From positions 8,019 through 72,018 of the forward strand of contig CAWBKP010000002.1 in the NCBI GenBank assembly GCA_963789395.1: 64,000 nt of DNA, written 5' to 3'. The notes beneath the pieces were generated by a model. That model was given only the letters and a program-made list of their open reading frames with translations. It did no database searches and was not told the origin of the DNA. The stretch is from an uncultured delta proteobacterium. Its GTDB lineage: Bacteria > Desulfobacterota > Desulfobacteria > Desulfobacterales > Desulfatirhabdiaceae. How positions within the stretch are numbered: the stretch's first letter is position 1; every line of letters starts with the position of its first letter. The position numbers were made by a program, and so were the translations under genes. Of this stretch, positions 9,181 through 19,604 are shown in pieces.

Positions 9181-9534
9181 GAAATTATCCTGATAATGCT
9201 GACAAAATAGCATCCACATTGCATGCGCCGGGTGTTGTCGATAGTATGGCGCATAAAGATATTAGCTGAAATTTCAGTGCATGGGAACTACAAATACGGG
9301 CTGCTCAAATAAGAGTTGTATTGCTGACAAACAGAACAATTTCCACACAATGAGGCATGAACCGTGAACTGTCAAGTCGGAGAAGTAAAGAGAAGGGAAA
9401 TTTCAAATAGATACGACAAAAACAATTGCAATGAAATGCCATGCCGTAAAGACGATTTTTGTTTCAGAAAAATTATACTGTTTCCGATAATTATGAAAAA
9501 ATAACCACGACGATAAAAAACATATTTATTTTTG

Positions 9535-9563
9535 TTGATTTTCGTTTTTGAGGATGCTAAAAG
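9535..9563 (+). promoter_or_regulatory. Putative sigma70 promoter of the tRNA-tuf operon
   Basis: TTGATT-17 nt-TAAAAG with a TG extension, AT-rich upstream, ~30 nt before tRNA-Thr. Confidence 0.45.
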
Positions 9564-9592
9564 GAGCAGATGTAATTAAAAACGGTGAGCAA

Positions 9593-9668
9593 GCCAGCGT
9601 AGCTCAGTTGGTAGAGCTACTGATTTGTAATCAGTGGGTCGGGGGTTCGAGTCCCTTCGCTGGCTCCA
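9593..9668 (+). tRNA. tRNA-Thr(TGT)
   Basis: Cloverleaf; anticodon arm ACTGA-TTTGTAA-TCAGT; GGTTCGAG; CCA end. Confidence 0.96.
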
Positions 9669-9699
9669 TCAGGCGGTTAATTTTGCCTGAATAAAAAAA

Positions 9700-9784
9700 G
9701 GTGGGGTTCCCGAGTGGCCAAAGGGAACAGACTGTAAATCTGTCGGCGAAGCCTTCGGAGGTTCGAATCCTCCCCCCACCACCA
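9700..9784 (+). tRNA. tRNA-Tyr(GTA)
   Basis: ACAGA-CTGTAAA-TCTGT, long variable arm, CCA end. Confidence 0.96.
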
Positions 9785-9951
9785 GCCTCAATAAATGTCG
9801 TATGTAGGAGATTTTACCGGATAGATCAAGTGAAATCATTAAAGCACTACATAGCTTCATCTGCAATGCACACATTTTCTTGAGGAAAAAAGATGGTCCC
9901 CAAACAATATGTCGCGGGAGTCTGCAAGGTGTGACAAATGAATACCTGTTG

Positions 9952-10027
9952 GCGGGAGTAGCTCAGTTGGTAGAGCTCTAGCCTTCCAAGCTGGATGTCG
10001 CGAGTTCGAGTCTCGTCTCCCGCTCCA
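9952..10027 (+). tRNA. tRNA-Gly(TCC)
   Basis: Anticodon loop CTTCCAA, GTTCGAG, CCA end. Confidence 0.96.
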
Positions 10028-10075
10028 TATTTTGAACAGCCAGGGTATCATCTGATTGCCCCAAATTGCAAAATC

Positions 10076-10152
10076 GCCCACGTAGCTCAGTTGGTAGAGC
10101 GCTTCCTTGGTAAGGAAGAGGTTCATCGGTTCGACTCCGATCGTGGGCTCCA
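10076..10152 (+). tRNA. tRNA-Thr(GGT)
   Basis: CTTCC-TTGGTAA-GGAAG, GGTTCGAC, CCA end. Confidence 0.96.
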
Positions 10153-10269
10153 ATAGAACAGATCAAGAGAACGAAACTGGGATCGTGCAGACGGAAACTG
10201 GCATAAAAAAGACGAATGGTTAAGTCCGAGCATCCGTTTTAATCATTATTCAGTAGGGAGGACAGTGAA

Positions 10270-11463
10270 ATGGCGAAGGAAAAGTTTGATCGGTCGAAAC
10301 CGCATGTGAATGTGGGAACGATAGGACATATTGATCACGGGAAGACGACGCTGACAGCGGCGATAACCAAGCATAACGGGTTGAAGGGGATGGCCAAATA
10401 TGTTCCGTTTGACCAGATTGACAAGGCGCCCGAGGAAAAAGAGCGTGGGATCACGATAGCGACCGCGCATGTGGAGTACGAGACCAAGAATCGCCATTAC
10501 GCGCATGTGGACTGTCCGGGCCATGCTGACTATATCAAGAACATGATTACGGGTGCGGCCCAGATGGATGGTGCGATCCTGGTAGTGGCAGCAGACGATG
10601 GTCCGATGCCGCAGACCCGTGAGCACATATTGCTGGCCCGTCAGGTCGGGGTGCCGACCATGGTGGTTTTTTTGAACAAATGCGACATGGTGGATGATCC
10701 GGAATTGATCGAGCTGGTGGAGCTTGAGCTTCGCGAGCTGCTGAGCAAGTATGATTTTCCGGGTGATGATACGCCGATCATTCGCGGCAGTGCCTTAAAG
10801 GCGCTTGAGAGCGATGATCCGGACAGCGAAGATGCCAAGTGCATATTTGAATTGATGGCGGCAATCGACTCCTACATACCGGAGCCCAAGCGGGACATAG
10901 ACAAGCCGTTTCTGATGCCGGTGGAAGATGTATTCAGCATTTCAGGTCGCGGCACCGTGGTAACGGGCCGGGTGGACCGCGGGATTGTGAAAGTTGGCGA
11001 GGCTGTTGAGATCGTCGGGATTCGGGCCACGCAAAAGACCGTATGTACGGGAGTAGAGATGTTCAGAAAGCTTCTGGACGAGGGCCGTGCGGGAGACAAC
11101 ATCGGGGTACTGCTTCGGGGAACCAAGCGTGAGGAAGTGGAGCGCGGGCAGGTTGTGGCGCATCCGGGAACGATTACGCCGCACACCAAGTTCAAGGCTG
11201 AGGTGTATATCCTGAGCAAGGAAGAAGGCGGCAGGCACACGCCGTTTTTCAATGGATACCGGCCGCAGTTTTATTTTCGGACAACGGATGTGACAGGGGT
11301 ACTGTCGCTGCCGGAGGGCATCGAGATGGTGATGCCCGGAGACAATGTGGCGATATCGGCAGAGCTGATCACGCCGATTGCCATGGAAAAAGAGCTTCGC
11401 TTTGCGATTCGTGAAGGCGGCCGAACCGTGGGCGCGGGTGTCGTCAGCGAAATTCTGGGATAA
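10270..11463 (+). CDS. tuf: Elongation factor Tu (copy 1)
   Basis: [21 protein letters not shown]; 397 aa. Confidence 0.99.
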   Translation: MAKEKFDRSKPHVNVGTIGHIDHGKTTLTAAITKHNGLKGMAKYVPFDQIDKAPEEKERGITIATAHVEYETKNRHYAHVDCPGHADYIKNMITGAAQMDGAILVVAADDGPMPQTREHILLARQVGVPTMVVFLNKCDMVDDPELIELVELELRELLSKYDFPGDDTPIIRGSALKALESDDPDSEDAKCIFELMAAIDSYIPEPKRDIDKPFLMPVEDVFSISGRGTVVTGRVDRGIVKVGEAVEIVGIRATQKTVCTGVEMFRKLLDEGRAGDNIGVLLRGTKREEVERGQVVAHPGTITPHTKFKAEVYILSKEEGGRHTPFFNGYRPQFYFRTTDVTGVLSLPEGIEMVMPGDNVAISAELITPIAMEKELRFAIREGGRTVGAGVVSEILG

Positions 11464-11478
11464 CAAAGGAGTCTTCTC

Positions 11479-11628
11479 GTGAGAGTGATTATTACCCTTG
11501 CATGTACGGAATGCAAAAGAAGAAACTACACTACGACCAAAAACAAGCGGACGACGCCGGACAAGCTGGAATTCAGCAAATACTGCCGATTCTGCAAAAA
11601 ACATATTGCGCACAAAGAAACCAAATAG
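11479..11628 (+). CDS. rpmG: 50S ribosomal protein L33 (Zn-binding form)
   Basis: GTG start; [49 protein letters not shown] read directly (below the ORF-track length cutoff). Confidence 0.95.
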   Translation: MRVIITLACTECKRRNYTTTKNKRTTPDKLEFSKYCRFCKKHIAHKETK

Positions 11629-11685
11629 CCTGAACCTCAGAATTTTTTGAGCGGCGATTGGATTGAGTTTGTGAAAGATTTAAAC

Positions 11686-11761
11686 AGGCCAGTAGCTCTA
11701 ACGGTAGAGCGTCGGACTCCAAATCCGAGTGCTGGGGGTTCGAATCCCTCCTGGCCTGCCA
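11686..11761 (+). tRNA. tRNA-Trp(CCA)
   Basis: TCGGA-CTCCAAA-TCCGA, GGTTCGAAT, CCA end; canonical position before secE. Confidence 0.96.
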
Positions 11762-11850
11762 CATCATTGATGAGTAAAGCTCAAAGAAGGTCAGTGGTGG
11801 ATACCGGCTGACAGCGTCCACTTTGAGCTTTCACTTTTTTTAGGAGAATA

Positions 11851-12243
11851 ATGGGACGGTTACTCAAAAAAAAAGAACCAGGCCTGAAAAAGAAAAACAA
11901 GAGTGATGAAACTGCATCCGCTGAATCGGAGTCTGAACCAGCTGGTGTAAGTCCTGCACGTCAAGCTGCTGCCGGAACTGTAAAAGAAAATCAGCAGAAA
12001 ATCGCTCCCGTTAAAAAAGCAGGTGCTGGCGGTACCACGTTTAAAATCAACAATAAATATGTTGATCAAGCACTGCAATTTCTCAGAGAAGTCAAGGTGG
12101 AATTGAAAAAAGTCGCCTGGCCTTCCCGAAAACAGGCAACAGGCTCTACCATTGTGGTTATCTTGCTGGTGCTGCTGGTGTCATTTTTTCTCGGCCTCGT
12201 GGATATTGGATTGTCCAGCCTGATCAAAGTTGTTCTGAGCTAG
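11851..12243 (+). CDS. secE: Preprotein translocase SecE with a long N-terminal extension
   Basis: FLREVKVELKKVAWPSRK plus a single TM helix; located between tRNA-Trp and nusG. Confidence 0.93.
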   Translation: MGRLLKKKEPGLKKKNKSDETASAESESEPAGVSPARQAAAGTVKENQQKIAPVKKAGAGGTTFKINNKYVDQALQFLREVKVELKKVAWPSRKQATGSTIVVILLVLLVSFFLGLVDIGLSSLIKVVLS

Positions 12244-12254
12244 GAGAAAAGCAA

Positions 12255-12785
12255 GTGTCCCTGAAATGGTATATTGTCCACGTTTATTCTGGATTTGAAA
12301 ATAAAGTCAAGCAGGCATTGGATGAACGCATCGCGACGTCTCCGCACCCGGAGAAATTCGGTGAAGTGCTTGTGCCGACTGAACAAGTCGTGGAACTGGT
12401 CAAAGGGAAGCGCAAGGAATCCTCCCGCAAATTTTATCCCGGTTATATTCTTCTCAGGGTGGATTTGGACGATGAGACCTGGCATATTGTGAATGATACG
12501 GCTAAGGTAACGGGTTTCTTAGGCGGAAAAGAAAAGCCAACGCCGCTTTCAGATGAAGAAGCTGCCCAGATCTTGAACCGTATGGAGGTCGGGAAACAGA
12601 AACCCAAACCCAAATTCTATTTTGAACCCGGCGATGAAATTCGCGTCGTGGACGGGCCTTTTTCAAATTTTAATGGAACGGTTGATGAAGTTAATCCGGA
12701 AAAAGGGAAAATCAGGGTTCTGGTAAGTATTTTTGGAAGAGCCACGCCGGTTGAATTGGAATTTGTCCAAGTCATCAAGTTATAA
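12255..12785 (+). CDS. nusG: Transcription factor NusG
   Basis: [19 protein letters not shown] motif [19 protein letters not shown]. Confidence 0.98.
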   Translation: MSLKWYIVHVYSGFENKVKQALDERIATSPHPEKFGEVLVPTEQVVELVKGKRKESSRKFYPGYILLRVDLDDETWHIVNDTAKVTGFLGGKEKPTPLSDEEAAQILNRMEVGKQKPKPKFYFEPGDEIRVVDGPFSNFNGTVDEVNPEKGKIRVLVSIFGRATPVELEFVQVIKL

Positions 12786-12806
12786 AATCAGGAGTATTGA
12801 AATACA

Positions 12807-13229
12807 ATGGCCAAAAAGGTGATTGCACAGATCAAGTTGCAGGTTACAGCAGGAAAAGCCAATCCTTCACCCCCTATCGGTCCGGCATTGGGCCAGCACG
12901 GGGTCAATATTATGGAATTTTGTAAGGCGTTCAACGCCAGGACCGCCAATGATGAAGGCATGATTATACCGGCTGTCATCACGGTTTACCAGGACAGGAG
13001 TTTTACGTTTATCACAAAGACGCCGCCTGCATCCGTTCTGCTGAAGAAAGCAGCCAAAATTGCCAAAGGCGCCGGTGATCCCAAACGTGAGAAGGTCGCT
13101 AAACTGACAATGGATCAGATTACAGAAATCGCCAAGCTGAAAATGGTTGATTTAAACGCGAATGATCTGGATGCAGCATGTAAAATTATCATGGGTACAG
13201 CCAGAAGTATGGGGATTGAAGTAGGCTAA
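12807..13229 (+). CDS. rplK: 50S ribosomal protein L11
   Basis: [27 protein letters not shown]. Confidence 0.99.
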   Translation: MAKKVIAQIKLQVTAGKANPSPPIGPALGQHGVNIMEFCKAFNARTANDEGMIIPAVITVYQDRSFTFITKTPPASVLLKKAAKIAKGAGDPKREKVAKLTMDQITEIAKLKMVDLNANDLDAACKIIMGTARSMGIEVG

Positions 13230-13252
13230 AGTAAAAAGGAGTAAAAGGGATT

Positions 13253-13957
13253 ATGCCGAAGCGGGGGAAAAAATACTTAGAATCACAGAAGAAAATTGAC
13301 ATGACGAAACGGCATGCCTTGGCCGAAGCAGTCCAGGTGGCTCTTGAATCGACTTTTGTCAAATTTGATGAAACGGTTGATGTGGCCGTTCGTCTGGGCG
13401 TTGATCCCAGACATGCAGATCAAATGGTTCGAGGAACTGTCGTTCTGCCCAATGGGCTGGGCAAGGAAGTGAAGATTCTTGTTTTTGCCAAAGGCGAAAA
13501 GGAAAAAGAAGCACTTGAGGCAGGAGCCGATTTTGCCGGCAATGACGAGTTGATCGAAAAAATCAAAGAAGGCTGGACAGGATTCGATAAGGCCGTGGCC
13601 ACTCCGGACATGATGGGAACGGTTGGTAAAATCGGAAAAATCCTGGGCCCCAGAGGGTTGATGCCCAATGCAAAAACCGGAACCGTGACATTTGATGTAG
13701 CCAGAGCCGTCAATGAACTCAAGGCTGGAAAAATTGATTTTCGGGTTGAGAAGGCCGGCATCGTGCATGTTCCCGTTGGGAAAGTATCCTTCGGGGTTGA
13801 AAAACTTGTCCAGAATGTCACAGCCTTTCTTGAAACCATTATCCGCATAAAGCCTTCCACAAGTAAAGGCACATATCTGAAGGGATTGGCCATTTCAACG
13901 ACCATGGGACCGGGCGTCAAGGTGGATACCGCATCCTTGAAAGATGTGATCCGTTAG
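13253..13957 (+). CDS. rplA: 50S ribosomal protein L1
   Basis: [23 protein letters not shown]. Confidence 0.99.
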   Translation: MPKRGKKYLESQKKIDMTKRHALAEAVQVALESTFVKFDETVDVAVRLGVDPRHADQMVRGTVVLPNGLGKEVKILVFAKGEKEKEALEAGADFAGNDELIEKIKEGWTGFDKAVATPDMMGTVGKIGKILGPRGLMPNAKTGTVTFDVARAVNELKAGKIDFRVEKAGIVHVPVGKVSFGVEKLVQNVTAFLETIIRIKPSTSKGTYLKGLAISTTMGPGVKVDTASLKDVIR

Positions 13958-14110
13958 TACGCCTGCTGTAAACGGATTTTCTCGGAAATCATAACGCGGG
14001 TCAGAGAAAATAATATTGATTGGCAAGGGGATGGTTCGGCCCGGTACTCCGGACAAGTTCATCCCAAACTCACGCTGGGTTTATACTAAATCCTGCGTAT
14101 GTCATTATCC

Positions 14111-14175
14111 TGTCAAAGACCGTAGGTGCACACGTTTGGTGTTTAATCGGCATTGCTGGCCTACCGAGATGGGTT
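14111..14175 (+). promoter_or_regulatory. Ribosomal protein L10 leader (autoregulatory RNA core)
   Basis: AAGACCGTAGGT...TTTAAT...CCTACCGAG in the rplA-rplJ intergenic region matches the L10-leader core. Confidence 0.8.
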
Positions 14176-14292
14176 TAACGAATTGAAAGTAGAGGATAGA
14201 TGATTCTGTCTTTTCAATCCATTATACCAAAACCTCAAATCGTAATTGCCTCCGGGATGATAACAGCTGAAGAAAGGAGGTGTAATTAATCT

Positions 14293-14824
14293 GTGAAATT
14301 AGAGAAAAAAAAACAGATCGTAGAGGATCTTGAGGAAAAATTTGCAAGATCCAAAATCGTCATCCTGACGAATTTTAACGGACTTGACGTGGCGACGATG
14401 AGCGTCTTTGCGAAGACAGCTCAGGGAAGCCAAGGTTGAATATCGAGTCGTTAAAAATTCGTTGCTTGCGCGTGCATCGGAAAATAACTCGGTTGCATTG
14501 ATCAAAGATAAGTTAAAAGAAGCCAGTGCGGTCGCTTACAGTTTTGATGACCCCGTGGCGCCGGCTAAAGTCTTGAGTGCGTTTGCTAAGGACAATGAAA
14601 AGTTCAAGATAAAAGCAGGCGTTCTGCAGGGCAAAGTGCTGAATGCAGACGCTATTATTGCTTTATCGAAACTGCCTTCCCGCGAAGCATTGCTGGGGCA
14701 GTTGCTATCCGTCATGGTGGGTGTTCCGACCGCGATGGTGCGTGCATTGAATAATATTCCACAAAAACTACTGTTTGTATTGACCGCCTTAAAAGATCAA
14801 AAAGAACAGGCAATTACAGAATAA
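14293..14824 (+). CDS. rplJ: 50S ribosomal protein L10, with +1 frameshift ~14407 (likely sequencing error)
   Basis: GTG start VKLEKKKQIVEDL..NFNGLDVATMS continues as LRRQLRE..VVKNSL..LSKLPSRE in another frame. Confidence 0.93.
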
Positions 14825-14863
14825 GTTTTGTGATTTAAAAGTGTAAACTGGAGGTAACGAAAG

Positions 14864-15244
14864 ATGGCTGATATTACAAAAGCAGATGTTGTTGAATTTA
14901 TAGCAAATATGACAGTTCTGGAACTTTCTGAACTGGTTAAGGAAATGGAAGAAAAATTTGGTGTCTCCGCAGCCGCCCCTGTTGCGATGGTTGCGGCCGC
15001 CAGTGCCGATGTGGCCGCTCCGGCCGCGGAACAAACCGAATTTACTGCGATACTTACCGGCTTTGGTGATAAAAAGATTCAGGTCATTAAAGAAGTCCGG
15101 GCTGTAACCGGTCTGGGGCTGAAAGAGGCCAAGGATCTGGTTGACGGGGTGCCAAAACCCATCAAAGAAGGAATTCCCAAAGATGAGGCTGAAAAAATTA
15201 AAGCCACTATCGAGGAAGCAGGCGGCCAGGTTGAAATAAAATAG
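14864..15244 (+). CDS. rplL: 50S ribosomal protein L7/L12
   Basis: [33 protein letters not shown]. Confidence 0.99.
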   Translation: MADITKADVVEFIANMTVLELSELVKEMEEKFGVSAAAPVAMVAAASADVAAPAAEQTEFTAILTGFGDKKIQVIKEVRAVTGLGLKEAKDLVDGVPKPIKEGIPKDEAEKIKATIEEAGGQVEIK

Positions 15245-15271
15245 CATCAGGCAAGTTTTCAGAGATTATAA

Positions 15272-15321
15272 ACGGAGATGGGATGTAAGGACTCTGGCCT
15301 TAAATCCCATTTCCGCTTTTT
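15272..15321 (+). terminator. Hairpin plus U-tract between rplL and rpoB (attenuator/terminator-like)
   Basis: CGGAGATGGGAT...ATCCCATTTCCG followed by CTTTTT. Confidence 0.6.
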
Positions 15322-15345
15322 CGAAACCTTTAATTTGGAGCTGCC

Positions 15346-18300
15346 ATGACGGAACGGCCTTTGGCATCGAAGCGCATCAGAAAAAACTTTGGCAAGATTA
15401 GTAAAATCGTTGAAATTCCCGATCTTATTGGCATGCAGCGGGAGTCTTTCAGGCGGTTTTTGCAGATGGATGTCCCGGCGGACAAACGCAAAGATATCGG
15501 GTTGCAGACAGTTTTTAATTCCGTGTTTCCAATTAAGGATTTTACGGGGAGCGCGTCTCTTGAGTTTGTTGATTATCGTTTTGCAGAAGTCAAACACGGT
15601 GTTGAAGAATGTATTCACCGGGGAATGAGTTATGAAATCCCTGTGAGAATTACAGCCCGCCTGGTTGTTTACGATACGGATAAAGATACCGGTTCATCCA
15701 ATATCCGGGATATCAAGGAACAGGAAATTTATTTCGGAACCATTCCTTTGATGACGGAAAAAGGGACTTTTATCATCAATGGCACCGAGCGTGTTGTCGT
15801 CAGCCAGCTGCATCGGTCCTCCGGTGTATTTTTCGACCATGACAAAGGAAAAACCCATACCAGCGGCAAGGTGATCTACACTTCCCGGATTATTCCGGTT
15901 CGCGGTTCCTGGATCGATATGGAAATCGACCCCAAGGATATCGTATATATCCGGATTGACCGTCGCAGAAAATTTCCGGTTACATTGCTTTTCAAGGCTT
16001 TTGGCTATACGCCTGAAGACCTGCTGTCATATTTTTACGAATCTGAAAAAATCTTAGTAAAGTCCAACCACTATTTTAAAGCGTTTAATGAAGAATTTTT
16101 AAAAGGACATCGGGCAAGTCAGGACGTGGTGGATCCCAATACCGGAGAAGTCGTAGTCAAAAAGGGAAGGGTATTTACCCAGCGGATACTCAAGCGGATG
16201 AAAGCCGATAAGCTGGACGCCATTCCGATTACGCTTGAAGAGCTTACCGACAAAATCATCGCCTCTTCCATTCTGCATCCGGTTACCCGCGAGATTATTG
16301 CAAAGTCCAATGAAATCGTCAGTGAGGAATTGCTGAACCGATTGAATGCAGCGGGCATTACAGAGTTTGAAATCCTGTTTATCGATGGAACCACCATCGG
16401 GGATTCCATTCGAAAGACGCTGATGCTGGACAAGGTCCAGTCAAAAAAAGAAGCCCTTCTTGAAATCTATCGCCGGTTGAGACCGGGCAATCCCGCAACG
16501 CCCGAGGTCGCCCAGGATTTTGTGGATCATCTTTTTTTCAAATCCGCATTTTACGATCTTTCGGGTGTGGGCAGACTAAAAATCAACCAGAGTCTGGGAA
16601 TTGACAGCAATATCGATCTGCGGATTCTGCGTAAAGAAGATATTCTCTTAACCGCCAAAACCCTGATTAGACTGCGGGATACCCAAGGGGTGGTGGATGA
16701 TATCGACCATCTTGGCAACCGTCGGGTGCGGGCGGTTGGCGAACTGCTGGAGAACCAGTACCGAATCGGACTTGTCCGGATGGAGCGTGCCATCAAGGAG
16801 AGAATGAGTCTTCAGGAAGTTGACGCCTTGATGCCGCACGATCTGGTGAATCCCAAACCTGTGTCGGCCGTGGTCAAGGAATTTTTTGGAACCAGTCAGC
16901 TCAGTCAGTTCATGGATCAAACAAATCCACTTTCCGAGACTACGCATAAGCGCCGGCTCAGTGCTCTGGGGCCGGGGGGGCTTACCCGGGAACGCGCCGG
17001 ATTCGAGGTTCGCGATGTACATCCTTCTCATTACGGCCGTATCTGTCCGATTGAAACGCCAGAGGGGCCCAATATCGGTCTGATTGTCTCGTTGAGCACA
17101 TACGCCCAGGTGAATGAATATGGATTCATCGAAACCCCGTACCGGGTGGTGTCAAATTCTGCTGTCACCAGTGACGTGCGGTTTCTGAGCGCCTTTGATG
17201 AGAAGTCACATGCCATTGCGCAGGCGAATGCGGCTGTTGACGAAAATGGGAGTTTTACTGAAACTGAAATCAACTCGCGGGTTGCCGGCGAATTTACAAT
17301 GGAAAAGCGCGAAAATATCGAGCTGATGGATGTCTCCCCCAACCAGCTGGTCAGCGTATCCGCATCGTTGATTCCGTTTCTGGAAAACGATGATGCCAAC
17401 CGTGCGCTGATGGGTTCCAATATGCAGCGGCAGGCTGTTCCGCTTCTGGTCAGCAACGCGCCGCTGGTGGGGACCGGCATTGAAGGGGTAGTGGCCAAGG
17501 ATTCCGGTGTTGCCGTTGTTGCAAAGCGGGATGGCATTGTCGAGGATGTGGAGGCGGATCGCATCGTTGTCCGGCACGATATGTCGGATAAGGGTGCCGA
17601 CCAGGAGAATTTCAGGCCGGTTACTATCTACAATTTGTCCAAATTTATCCGGTCCAATCAGAACACCTGTTTCAATCATCGGCCAATTGTCAGAAAAGGC
17701 CAGATGGTGAAGGCCGGAGAAGTGATTGCCGATGGACCCGCAACCGACATGGGAGAACTTGCACTCGGCAAGAACGTGACCGTGGCATTTATGCCCTGGG
17801 GCGGATACAATTTTGAAGACTCCATTCTTGTCGGTGAACGGCTGGTACGGGAAGGCGTCTATACGTCCATTCACATTGAAGAGTTTGAAGTGGTTTCCAG
17901 GGACACCAAGCTGGGTAAAGAGGAAATTACGCGCGACATTCCCAATGTCGGGGAAGAAGCGCTGAGAAATCTGGATGAAAGCGGGATCATCATGCTGGGG
18001 GCGGAGGTGGTTCCCGGCGATATTCTTGTCGGCAAGATCACGCCCAAAGGCGAAACGCAGCTTTCTCCCGAGGAAAAACTGCTGCGGGCCATATTCGGGG
18101 AAAAGGCCGGCGATGTCAAGGATACATCCCTTCGGGTGCCGCCGGGGATTCAGGGGATTGTGATTGATGCCAAAATCTTTTCCAGAAGAGGCGTGGATAA
18201 AGACGACCGGACCCGAAATATTGAAGACAGTGAAATCGCTTATCTTGAAAGAGACATGAAAGACGAGCTTCTGGTGATCAAGGAAGTGATTCAGTCCAGG

Positions 18301-19464
18301 GTGTTCAGCCTGTTAAAGGGGCAGACTTGCAGCGCGCCGTTAAAAAAAGGCAAAAAAGTACTGATTGCCAAGGGAGTGCTGATAAACGACGAGGTGATTG
18401 CCGATCTTTCCGTGGATCAACTTGAAGGAATTGTGCTGAACAGCCCGGAAATCTCAGAGCAGATTCATCAGCTTCTTGAACAATACCGCGAGCAATGTGC
18501 GCAGTGCCGGAATAATTTTGAAAGACAGGCCACGCGATTTGAAAAAGGCGATGATCTGGCTCCCGGTGTCATTAAAATGGTGAAAGTTTACGTGGCCATG
18601 AAGCGAAAGCTCTCAGTCGGGGATAAAATGGCCGGCCGCCATGGGAACAAAGGCGTTGTTTCACGCATTCTGCCCCAGGAAGATCTTCCCTATTTTGCCG
18701 ATGGAACGCCGGTGGATATGGTGCTGAATCCGCTGGGCGTGCCGTCTCGAATGAATGTGGGGCAGGTTCTTGAGATTCACCTGGGTTTTGCCGCCAAAGG
18801 CCTGGGCGAACAGATCAACCGCCTGGTCGAGCAAAAGAAGTTAAGTGATCTTCGGGAAAAATTCGGTAAAATCTTTTCATCCCCAATGAAAGAGGATTCC
18901 GACATCCGTAAGCAAATTGGCAAGATGTCCGATAATGATTTGATCGGTTTTGCCGCGCAGTTCAAGCAGGGGGTCCCCATGGCGACGCCTGTTTTTGACG
19001 GGGCCAAGGAAAAGGAAATAAAGGATCTACTGGAGGAGGCCGGACTGGATCGGTCTGCGCAAAGCACGTTGTATGACGGGCGGACCGGCGAGCCTTTTAA
19101 GGAAAAGATCACGGTTGGAACCATGTACATGCTCAAACTCCATCACCTGGTTGATGATAAAATCCATGCAAGATCCATTGGCCCGTATTCACTGGTCACC
19201 CAGCAGCCCCTGGGAGGCAAAGCCCAGTTCGGCGGTCAGCGTCTGGGTGAAATGGAAGTGTGGGCAATGGAGGCTTATGGGGCGTCTCATGCGCTTCAGG
19301 AATTTTTGACGGTGAAATCCGATGATATGGCAGGAAGAACCCGGATGTATGAAAAGATCGTGAAAGGTCAGAATTCGCTTGAACCCGGTATTCCAGAATC
19401 ATTCAAAGTCCTGACCAATGAATTGATGAGCCTGGGATTGGATGTTTCATTGCTCGAAGATTGA
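15346..19464 (+). CDS. rpoB: RNA polymerase beta subunit
   Basis: [34 protein letters not shown]. Confidence 0.99.
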   Translation: MTERPLASKRIRKNFGKISKIVEIPDLIGMQRESFRRFLQMDVPADKRKDIGLQTVFNSVFPIKDFTGSASLEFVDYRFAEVKHGVEECIHRGMSYEIPVRITARLVVYDTDKDTGSSNIRDIKEQEIYFGTIPLMTEKGTFIINGTERVVVSQLHRSSGVFFDHDKGKTHTSGKVIYTSRIIPVRGSWIDMEIDPKDIVYIRIDRRRKFPVTLLFKAFGYTPEDLLSYFYESEKILVKSNHYFKAFNEEFLKGHRASQDVVDPNTGEVVVKKGRVFTQRILKRMKADKLDAIPITLEELTDKIIASSILHPVTREIIAKSNEIVSEELLNRLNAAGITEFEILFIDGTTIGDSIRKTLMLDKVQSKKEALLEIYRRLRPGNPATPEVAQDFVDHLFFKSAFYDLSGVGRLKINQSLGIDSNIDLRILRKEDILLTAKTLIRLRDTQGVVDDIDHLGNRRVRAVGELLENQYRIGLVRMERAIKERMSLQEVDALMPHDLVNPKPVSAVVKEFFGTSQLSQFMDQTNPLSETTHKRRLSALGPGGLTRERAGFEVRDVHPSHYGRICPIETPEGPNIGLIVSLSTYAQVNEYGFIETPYRVVSNSAVTSDVRFLSAFDEKSHAIAQANAAVDENGSFTETEINSRVAGEFTMEKRENIELMDVSPNQLVSVSASLIPFLENDDANRALMGSNMQRQAVPLLVSNAPLVGTGIEGVVAKDSGVAVVAKRDGIVEDVEADRIVVRHDMSDKGADQENFRPVTIYNLSKFIRSNQNTCFNHRPIVRKGQMVKAGEVIADGPATDMGELALGKNVTVAFMPWGGYNFEDSILVGERLVREGVYTSIHIEEFEVVSRDTKLGKEEITRDIPNVGEEALRNLDESGIIMLGAEVVPGDILVGKITPKGETQLSPEEKLLRAIFGEKAGDVKDTSLRVPPGIQGIVIDAKIFSRRGVDKDDRTRNIEDSEIAYLERDMKDELLVIKEVIQSRVFSLLKGQTCSAPLKKGKKVLIAKGVLINDEVIADLSVDQLEGIVLNSPEISEQIHQLLEQYREQCAQCRNNFERQATRFEKGDDLAPGVIKMVKVYVAMKRKLSVGDKMAGRHGNKGVVSRILPQEDLPYFADGTPVDMVLNPLGVPSRMNVGQVLEIHLGFAAKGLGEQINRLVEQKKLSDLREKFGKIFSSPMKEDSDIRKQIGKMSDNDLIGFAAQFKQGVPMATPVFDGAKEKEIKDLLEEAGLDRSAQSTLYDGRTGEPFKEKITVGTMYMLKLHHLVDDKIHARSIGPYSLVTQQPLGGKAQFGGQRLGEMEVWAMEAYGASHALQEFLTVKSDDMAGRTRMYEKIVKGQNSLEPGIPESFKVLTNELMSLGLDVSLLED

Positions 19465-19604
19465 TGGCTGCCTGAAAGTCCGACTGGTGTGGTATTGCTG
19501 TCCCTTATCGCCTTATCATCCATAGCCGGGTGTTTTCTGATGCGATGGGGTCATCCAGATGCGGACTTGATACGGTTCCGACACGCATAATAAGGAGAGA
19601 ATTT

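Noticed and set aside
9180..9593. Integrative element at the tRNA cluster
   Set aside because: No integrase and no duplicated tRNA 3' end (att site) seen in the window.
9669..10166. Short ORFs overlapping the tRNA cluster
   Set aside because: They are translations of tRNA genes or their antisense strands.
14400..14410. Programmed frameshift or pseudogene in rplJ
   Set aside because: Essential gene, one extra T, no slippery heptamer, and similar indels occur throughout the window.
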